A stretch of DNA of 64,000 nucleotides from Pocillopora damicornis. Its lineage: Eukaryota. Location: positions 124,001 to 188,000 of the forward strand of contig NW_020846166.1 of the NCBI RefSeq assembly GCF_003704095.1. The letters run 5' to 3'. The notes beneath the pieces are model-generated. The model ran no database searches. It was not told the origin of the DNA and saw only the letters and a program-made list of their open reading frames with translations. Positions within the stretch are counted from its first letter, which is position 1. The number at the start of each line of letters is the position of its first letter. Below, one piece after another: positions 54,601 to 64,000 of this stretch. Made by a program: the position numbers and the translations under genes.

Positions 54601-56433
54601 CGGAGGCAAATCCGATGTATTACATTCCTTTCCTCTTCAAACTTGAAATGTATTTAAAAAATTTTGAGAGTACTCCATAGAAAAATAAAATAGGAGAGTT
54701 ATTGATTCATTGAAAACTGTGCTATCCTTTGTTTTAAGGTTCTTTTGCCAGCCTGCGGGCATTTTTCACATTCAAGCGTCGCGTGTCGTACTTCATCACA
54801 GCGACCTACATGCCTGCTATGGTCCTTGTGATCCTCAGCTGGTGTTGCTTCTGGATCACCCGCGCTGCTGTACCAGCCCGAGTCACCCTCTCCATAACAA
54901 CAATTTTAACCACCATACTACTCTACGGTTCGGTCAATTCTAATATGCCTAAGGTAGTTACTCAGTTGTCAGACAAGTGAATGAATTTGCATCTTCAGCC
55001 TAAGGAATGTCGAGGGCGTTAAGCTGTGCCATTGTATTTTAAATACTATCGAATTCAGTATCTTTTTGAAAGTCCTCTTGTTGGAATCAGAAATATTTTT
55101 TGTTGTTAACAAGGAAGGGTGTGGTTTGGGTGGTAATCTTGGGTCTGATTTATGAAGGTTAGGCTTGTCGCTGTCTCACCATAGCTCAGATTCTTTTTCT
55201 TCTTTTTCTGGATTATTCCGTTTTTCTTTCCCAAAAATAATTCAAAGTGTCAAATTCTAGTTCAACCTTGCTTCAAACAAGCGTTAAAAGCTTTTCAGCT
55301 CTTAAGCTCTTCAGTGAGTGAAAAAGCTACTTTATTTTGTGCTTGACAGAAAAATAAAAAACTCTGATGCATACTTCGATAATTTGTTCCAAATTTTATT
55401 CCAATTTTTCAACAGGTGAGCTACAGTAAAGCCATTGACTACTTCCTCATGACATCATTGGGATTTATCTTTATGTCACTTCTGGAGTTCATTCTCGTCC
55501 TCAACACGGATCCACGCTTCTGGACTCAAAAGCGAAGAGAGCAAAAGGCTGAAAAATTGAAGTCACTTTACAAAGTAATGACCTAAGACAGCTTGTCAAT
55601 ACTGCATTCTGTAAGGCATTGTTAAGTGCTCGGAGGCCATCCATAAGGCCGCCCTATTTGCACCTACTTTAGAGACATACGCTTTAGAGAAATTTGCTCT
55701 TTTTTCTTAACCCTTTCACCTGTCAGCTGGAAACGAACGGCATGAAAAAGTTTGAAAGATGAACAAAAGGGTAATTGTAATGCTATACGAATCATTAAAA
55801 ACGTTAAGTGGAAACTGGAAATAACTGTTTTTAAAAGGATTTGAAATCTTTCACAAAAAGGGACTTGTAGGAAAGCATTTGGGATTGTACATACAGCTAA
55901 TTGACGCGGTTACTGGTATTTTCGATGGATAGCAGTGCCAACCATGGCAAATGGACAACCACAATTCATTTATTATCATTTAGTCTACTCAGTTTGTCAG
56001 AGCTTAATGATGCAAAAGCTAAAACATGGTAAAATGCCAAACCTGACGGCGGCGTCGTGCAAACTATTGCTTCTTCATTTCATTTTTACTTGGCAGAAAA
56101 ATAACGTAGAAAAGAAAAAATTGGTAATGCAATATCGTTTTATTTATCACTCAGGAAACTCCAGCCGAGACTGTTGTCACGCTCATGGACGGCAAGGCTA
56201 AACCAACCGATATTCTTAAGGAAAGCACAGACATGACTCCTCTTAATGGCCCAACCAAAGAACGTGAGAAGGATCCACCAAAGGCACCAGAAGCACCACC
56301 AGCTGCCAAGACCCATTGGATCGATTACGTCGCTCGTATTCTTTTCCCCATTGTGTACTTTTCCTTTGTAACCTTCTATTGGATATACTACATTAACCAT
56401 CCTGAGTCAGCCATGGGTGGAGTTACTGAGTGA
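51601..56433 (+). CDS. Cys-loop ligand-gated anion channel subunit C, about 448 aa
   Basis: Nine exons: 51601-51680, 53212-53318, 53594-53661, 53771-53988, 54086-54168, 54328-54465, 54739-54953, 55416-55574, 56155-56433. Cys-loop CDMNLRLYPMDIQVC, M2 PARVTLSITTILT, M4 IDYVARILFP. Confidence 0.93.
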
Positions 56434-58021
56434 TGCTCAATCAGTACCTTGTCGGAAGTTGACTTAAAGTTTGTGAGCGTATTATAAACTACATATGGTG
56501 TTGTAGCTTTTCTTCTTTCGCTATAACTCATATTAATTCTTTTAGCTGGACTCCGTCACATGAGAAAAGTGCTTAATAATTTGTAAAAAAAGAAAAAACC
56601 AATAAGAGCTCTCAAAATATTAGTTCTAACTTCTCTTCAGCCTCAAATTGATTACTAAAAGCAATGTGTTAAATACTAAGCTCAAGGTGAATTTTCACGT
56701 TGATATGTGTTTGTAAGGGTGGACTAAAATCACTGGAAAAGAGGGTTATTTGAGGGAGTACGGTCATCTTATCGGTGCGTAATTCAGACTCATATTTGGA
56801 GGCAAGTATAAAAGTAGTGGTATGGTCTTTTTTGATAATTTTGGGAAAATTTTGTTTCATAATATGCATATCAAAAGCTGCTTTACGAAGAGGAAATCTG
56901 TCTTGCTCTAAGCAATTATCCCAAGAAATTACTTAAGCTTCTCTGTTGTATTTTTCGAGAACTTGAATTCTCCTTGGGGTCGTAGAAACAAAATAAAACA
57001 GAAAAGGTCAGCTAAGTCGCGTTTTGTAACTGTTCAGCGCGCGCCTTCCTTATGAATGAACACGCACACACGCTAGAACACAACCTATTTCACTTAGCTT
57101 ATGTAACAGAACACCTACAGTAGTTACATGACGGTTCCGGATTCTAATAATTTGGTAAACTAATTTTTTTCGCGGTCTATCGAAAGGGAAAATAACACCC
57201 ACACAAAGACAAACAAGAGTGAAAAACTTGTGGATGCAGCGTGGTATGTTTTCCTTACCAGAAAATAATTTATCATTTGATCACAAGCCTCAGAGGTCGC
57301 TAACTCATTCCATGGAATTTTCATTTATAGTACAGCAGAATGATGTCCGGTCGATTGCTAATTTAAGAGGCAAGAAATACAAATCGAGCATTTATAATTA
57401 GTGAAGTGGATGTTTTCACATCTTGTCCTTGTTCTGCAAATAGCACGCGTCACTTTAAAAAGAGAGATAGAAAAAGTCAGAGTCTGAGTTAGTGTCAAAT
57501 TTGGTATTTAATTTAAGTATAATTTATCAAAATGAATCATTTTTAAATATACACGACCGCGATAATATTATTATTAAACGTTAAACGTATTGAATTCGTG
57601 GCAATTATTACAGATGTTAAGCTTACAACTTGCAATAAGCGTCATTGTAAAACATTTCCAAACAATTGTTTAATGATTTCAAGAGGAACTTCTAAGGAGA
57701 AAAGAAGTCATCTTCGAATTTCCTATTTGGAAAAACTTATTGATCGTTTTAATATTAATGTAAGGACAAAATTCTCACGTTCTTGAACTTTATTAAGAAG
57801 ACATCGACGTCTGTTCTCTGAAATTGTTAATATGGCAATGTCTTCTTGATAATATGTAAATAAAAAGCTCTTTATTAACAGCTAATAAAAGCTGCGTGAC
57901 ATTTGGTGAATTAAATTGAGAATCTCATTTGAGTGCATCTTATTAAGTACCTAGAAGAAACGACGCAGTTTCATGTTATGTGCATAACGATATTCCTACA
58001 GCGTACATGACAAGCATAAAT

Positions 58022-58195
58022 GGGTAAATTTCTGAAGAAACTTTGGTGCTGCGTCGGTGGTAGAGTATAACAAGGTAATTTCGTAAATTGGCCACCGAAA
58101 AGAGTTTCAAAGCTCACCTTTCGAGCGTTAGCCCTTTGTAAGAGCGAATGTTACGTTATCAACTAAGTCGATAATACCAAATTACCTTGTTATTA
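58022..58195 (-). repeat. Diverged copy of the same element with an internal inverted repeat
   Basis: gaagaaactttggtgctgcgtcggtgg...ttcgagcgttagccctt; ataacaaggtaattt is mirrored by aaattaccttgttat. Confidence 0.75.
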
Positions 58196-60422
58196 GACAA
58201 GCAGTCGATGTTTTTTCAGTGGGGATAGCCTACGGTTGAATTCTCTTAACTTTTCATGCGTTTTTCTCGGGATGTAATAAAATCTCCACACACTGATAAA
58301 TTGTGGATAAACATCCTGAAAGACCATAAAATCTCGGGGTTATCAAGAAATCCAGATGATCTGGAACAAAATAAAACAAGCGTAGGATGACGCACTAGGA
58401 ATGCGGAGTAGTAATGCCACAGTGTGCATTGGGAAGCCCCCTCCCCCCTGATTTTGACTTCCTCATTTGGTGTTTAAAGAACGTCGATACGCAGCGACCC
58501 TACTGAGTCTTAAGGAATGACCTCAACCTCGTTTTTGTTGCGAGGTTGACTCTGCAAGAACAAAACTCTGCCACCGCGTGATAAAACTATATGAGGTAAG
58601 AAACGTGCCAAATCTTGACCTCAGTTATGTAGTAGAGAAAGGTGCCATTTTATTAATCACGAGCATGGGAAAAAAGGGAGCTCTGATCCACCCATGAAAA
58701 ATCGATATTTTGATCTCTAGCTTCGGTGCTCAAGACTACCAGGTACTCTATGGTGACCTTGGCCAAAACTGGGTTCATATGTCCTTACCAAGCTGGTTTC
58801 TGCTCTTCGTCCCTGCTTCAAAGTAATTCAGATTTCAACAAGAGGCACAAACAGTGGACAAAGAACCATGTCGTGGATGTTGTACTGTGCGAAACTAAAA
58901 TGTTTTCAATTGTCGTATGACCTATGAAGGTCAGAGGAGAATATTCAATACTAGTGATCTAAAAAATCATTTAAAATTGCTCTGTGCTTCAATAAATCTA
59001 AAAGGTTAAATGAAGTGGTCGAAAGATAATAATTTTGTGATTAAAAATTTTCAATTCCTCAAAAACTCACAACTGGCTTTTTATTTCCTTTTATGGTAGA
59101 TGCATTATTATGCGTCTAATTACCTTATGGCATAAATCATAGGTTACACATGTAAACAGCAATAGGTCTTGCATGAAAAATCCATGGGTCATCTATCCTG
59201 ATGTTCTCGTCAATCCTCTCAGACTACGTTATCTCAGTTCTAAAACTCTAAGAATTACACGCTTACCTTGTTAGTAAGTTACTTTGTTATACTTAAGACG
59301 ATGACTTGTTGAAGAAGCTCAGACGTGTGGTGAGGGACTTATCAGTGAGCGAACTCGTTAATTTGTTGATACGCGTGTGAGTGCGGGTGTCAACGAGTTA
59401 CTGAGTCAGTCGGTAAGTTGGTGAGTCAGTGAGTTACAGTTCCGTCAAGTTCCGTGATTGAGTCATTGAGTGACTCAGTGAGCCAATCGGTATGTCAGTG
59501 TTTGATTATGTACGAGTATAATTGGTTAGTCAGCCTGTTCTTCAGCTAGTTAGTTAGTTGGCTTATTACTTAGTTATTTGGCTTTTTGATAAAAGTTTGT
59601 TATTAAGAGTTATTTTGTGAATTTTCCATTAAATGACAAGTTGATTACTTCACTCTTGGTGAACTACTTCATTACTTTTCTCGTTATTCCCTTAATTAGT
59701 AAGCCTGAACAAGTTTGTTAGTTAGTGGGTAATTAAACTTGCTCAGATGTAAGCTGGCAGGATAGAAATTGCAATTAGTCAAAGAAGCTCGGTAGTAAGT
59801 TTTTATTCTGTTATCTATAATGCTTGCTATTTTACACATATGGCGTGCACTCAGATGGCTAAAAAGAAGACTTTCGAATTGAATCGTTCAGAATAAATAT
59901 TTGGGTGCTTCAATTTAGTCCTCTTATGAATAATACTCCTATTGATGGTATTCTGAGTTGGTTTTCGATCATTTGTGTGCAGCTTTCGGACTAAGAATAT
60001 TTGGGTGGTCACTGCGTTTTTTTTTTTTTTTTTTTCTGTTGAGCTAAGTAACTTGTGAAATTTTAATATGTCGAACGAAGACGCCCATTTTTCACTGAAC
60101 ATTTTCGATTCCTTTGTTATCAGTCCCTGTTCCCAAAAGCAATAAATAATCACTACTGTTAAGAATTAGTCTCAGTTCTAACGAAACATGATTCGGGAGC
60201 TCAGCTACAAAATTACTTCATAAAACTCAGCGTTTACTGATCATGAAAGATTACTTGCAATTTTATGCTTTGTTTAAACATTCAGAGAACTTATATTACT
60301 TAACAGCGCTTATCGATTAAGAGTGCCCCCAAATTTTCCATGCAAAAAATCATTGTTTAAAAAAAAAAAAACTTGCATCAAATAAATTATGATTAAAAAA
60401 AAAAATCTTAAGTCGGTGATTT

Positions 60423-63400
60423 TTAGAATGGTGCTTGATCTACAAAGTTACGCCAAAACAAAACAAGGAAGGCAATGTAACTGGCTGGGAAGATAATTCG
60501 GGAAATTATGTCGACCCAGTGGGAGCTGATTTTTTTCCTCTTTTTAGGCGGGTCTTTATTGATAGGTTTGACCTGAATCTTGCCTTGATGCATTGCACCC
60601 GTGTTATCGAATAACATCACTGTAGCTCCTTGGCCTCCGTTAGAGACCACTACTCGCTGAGTAAGTGTGTGACCACACCCTCCCACGTGGCTATTTACTG
60701 CGGGTGTACTAGTTTCAGGGGAGTGGCTGATCTCAGCGTCGATGAGTTCTGTATCTGGCTCAGTATTGGAGCTATTCTGTGAAGAAATTGAAAGATTACT
60801 TTTTTAAGAAACAAAATTAAGAAAAATACTGTACAATCACATTTAAAAGACTCCCCCTATGGGTTTCAAGCTAGTGATAAACTTGCAAACTAATCAAAGT
60901 TCGATGTGCTCGTGTTTGAACGAGGGAAATTAACTAGCTAACTAACATACCAATTAAGCATCTAAACAAACACATAATCAGCCAAGTGACCTAATGAATG
61001 ACTAACTCAGAACTCAACAAATGCTTAGTTAGTTTACTTTATAATTAACTGATTGACTGACATACTGACGAGCTTACTAATTTACTGAATGGCTAACTAA
61101 TTAATTATCTAACCTATTGACTTACAAACTGAGAGATTGACTGATAGGTTAACTTACCTTTGAGGTTCGTGAGGCACGAAAATACAAAGGAAATATCACA
61201 ACATAAGATATATACAGATATATTTTTACCAAAAGGTGATGCTCGACTGAGTCTGACTAGTGGAGAATGGAGATGCAGGTTATTATGCATTTGTTTCCAA
61301 TCTTACTATGAGAAGAGATCGATTAGAATAAGGCTGCAGCGCCAGTGGCTAAGAAACTACAGACTAATGCATACCTCAAAGATACCAGTCACAACAAGAA
61401 TCTAATAAAGATTTTTACCTCTTTCTCGCGTACGACATCCATAAGTTTTAGTGGCTGTTTTCCTCTCTATTTGTAAAAAAATATAAGGTATTGTGGTAAA
61501 CAAAAACATAACTTTTATGTAGTTCGCCGGTAAAAAAAGAACACTTCCAGAAATGAATAAAGTACATGATTAAGAGCAAGAAAACTAGTTGAGTTGATAT
61601 AAAAATTTGGTGATATTACCTTTTTGGGTCGTAATCTCAGGCACACCAAGAGACATTGTAGCCATTTAGGGTCAGGATCAGTGTTCAATACAATCACAAA
61701 CTCCAGAAATGAAAGGAAAATGAACCCAAAGCTGACTAGTAAGAAATAGTCTTGAGCCTTACTGTAACTGACTGGTGGCATGGCTTCGTTCACTGAGCCG
61801 CAAAGCACGATGGCTGTAAGAATTATTGTGATACCCAGTGACGCACGTGCGGGAACAGCATCACGGGAAATCCAGAAACAGCACCATGAGAGCATGACAA
61901 GAGTCACTCCTGGAGAGAAAACCGAAGAAACGAAATATTCCAGACGGCGTTTGAACGAGAATATAACGCTCAGACCGGCGAACGAACCTGCATGTCAAAA
62001 TGGAAAAAATACCACACGATGTAGTAAGAATTACGCATTCAAAATCAATGATTTCAAATGCAAACGAGGGATCACCGTGATTTTGTTTTCATAGCTGTTC
62101 AGAGGGGGATCTACGAGTCTCTTGTGATCCGCCATTGTTACGTCACACCACCTCGTCAATTCGAGGAAATTTATCCGAAAGAAAGGAGAGGAACTTAACT
62201 AAAAATTCATCAGCTTGATACCTTTGCTGTTCTTTGTGTCTCTTAGTTTCGTGTCTATGCCAGCCAACTCAAACTGAGCCATCTCTTGGGAAACAATTTC
62301 GATCCCTTTTCCTTTGTTTGCGACAGTTTTTCTCCATTTATAATCCACGTCATCAGTAGTATGAGCATCTGAAATGATAAGTAAATCAGTCAAACGATGA
62401 GGCATACTCATTAATTTCTCCAGCATTGCAAATTGTACTATTTCTAGAGTGTGATTGGTTAAGCAAAGAGAAACTGGAGAAAGATAATTACAATTTTAAA
62501 AAACGCAAGAGGGAGTCCTCGGTAAATATTTGGACTTCAAACCTCAAATCTCTCGATAGGATTCACCCTAAAAACATTGCGGTGAAGAGGGCTTGTTAGA
62601 AGCCTGGCTGTAAAATTATGCTGAGTTCTCAAACGATGTTACTTCTCCGAAATCGAAGTGAATATTCTCTAAAGAAGTAAATTTCAGAAAGAATAGGGCA
62701 TTCTTCTGCTTTTTATTCATTTCTCAGTTTGACTGAAAAAAAATTGAAGTAATCTGTAAATAATCTTTGTAATGTTTGCAAAACAAGATCAGACCACTCC
62801 AACTTTGATATCGAGTTACAGACGTACTCACAGCTTTCAATGATCAGAGGACAGTGTTGGGTATCCATTGGGTAAAGTCGGAAGTCCATGTCACATTGCG
62901 CCGTCAAGGTTATTCTGCAAAGAAAATGGAAACAGATATCACCAAAAGGTATTGAGAATATTTTGTTTGTCATTTTAGTTGCTTTGGCTAATAGAACATT
63001 GCATCTGAGGGCTCAAAATAATTTCTAAGAACATATCACTTTTGGCCTCCGTGAGGTACGTACTGGAGCGGAAGAAATATCCCCTTACATAATTATTCCG
63101 TATGTCGTATTGTAGCTATTATCACAATTTACCCCACTTTACTCTTCAAAAATTCAATAATTATTCAAAATATTTCCTGAAATTAGAAGTACTAGACTAA
63201 ATTACTCCTTCGCTTCCACCAGTTGGAATTTATTCGCCAAAATTTAAGCCTGCCCATCATTATTCTCGTGAATATCATATAGCTTCTAAGGTTCAAGTTT
63301 ACGGACGAAAAACATTTGCATCACCTTGCGCTGAAGTATATTTTCCCTGTGGAGTAAATCATGACTCGCATGTTCTCGCGAGTGACATAATGGTACTTTA

Positions 63401-63542
63401 TTCTTTTTACATTAAAGAAATATGTGTCCGGAGTCCAGAAGAGCTTGGAAGGATCTCCTGCCATGTTAAATGGTGTGCTAGAATTATGCCTGAACCTTGG
63501 ATCGTACCACCACTGGCGGAAGAAAATGTCCATCGAATAATC
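60423..63542 (-). CDS. Cys-loop ligand-gated anion channel subunit D, 5'-partial (first exons lie beyond the window)
   Basis: Exons 63325-63542, 62832-62914, 62222-62368, 61620-61987, probable 61419-61466, possible 61230-61256, and 60423-60776. Cys-loop CDMDFRLYPMDTQHC, M2 PARASLGITIILT, M4 VDIISRIIFP. Confidence 0.9.
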
Positions 63543-64000
63543 CTGGTTTTTAAAGAAATGAAAGCTAATCAGAAGTCCAAGTAAAATTGGTTTACTACTA
63601 TGGCAATGATGTAGCTATGAGTTGTCGCTAGTAATTGCGTGAACATTGGGTTTGTCAAGGAAAGGTGACTATGATTATTAATAGAAACATCTTTGCATGG
63701 GCTCAGTTGTCACTGCTATACTGGAGTAGAGCACCCTGGGGAATATTCTCTACGCCTAGTTGTATGTCTTCTCCCGATTAACAATGATCTTCAATCTTCA
63801 TTGTAGAATCTCCATAAGGTGTGAGTTGATAGATTTTTAATTTAGATGACTCAGCGTCGGTTGATTGAGTTACTATTCACTTATCTTCACTCTTCGTTGT
63901 CACTCAAAAACTATCTCAGTAAAACAACTGAGGTAGGCTACTGCATGCTATAAAGTGCAATCCCTTGGGACTTGCCATGGAAGACAGCACTCAACAGATA

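Noticed and set aside
55727-55790. Possible extra loop exon in subunit C (tgtcag|CTGGAAACG...)
   Set aside because: In-frame TGA occurs before any donor, and exons 55416-55574 and 56155-56433 join in frame without it.
26093-63542. Assigning vertebrate symbols (GABRB, GLRA) to the four channels
   Set aside because: The paralogs resemble each other more than any vertebrate subunit, and binding-loop residues differ. Orthology cannot be supported.
1-64000. CRISPR arrays, rRNA or tRNA genes, transposase or reverse transcriptase ORFs
   Set aside because: None seen. The tRNA-like boxes belong to decayed SINE-like repeats and do not form a cloverleaf that I can support.

Overview
AT-rich, intron-containing animal genomic DNA. 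The protein families and repeat types suggest an anthozoan or stony coral; this is my recognition, not verified. Most ORFs in the supplied track are single exons or noise, so I assembled genes by hand from splice sites and phases. (1) 142-17794, minus strand: 27 coding exons (5326 nt, about 1775 codons, 3' end outside the window) encoding signal peptide - PAN/apple - Ser/Thr linker - (SEA-FN3)x4 - FN3x8. Only the fourth SEA keeps the G-S autoproteolysis motif. (2) 26093-63542: four paralogous Cys-loop ligand-gated anion channel subunit genes of the GABA-A/glycine receptor type, arranged + - + - as two convergent pairs. All have the PAR anion filter and an unusually basic agonist pocket (loop G Lys, loop C NSKGSF, loop E Arg), which points to glutamate or another dicarboxylate rather than GABA or glycine. 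Their intron losses disagree with their sequence relationships. (3) Scattered SINE, MITE and Penelope-like remnants, several with degenerate minimal hammerhead-ribozyme cores, short local duplications and two assembly gaps.
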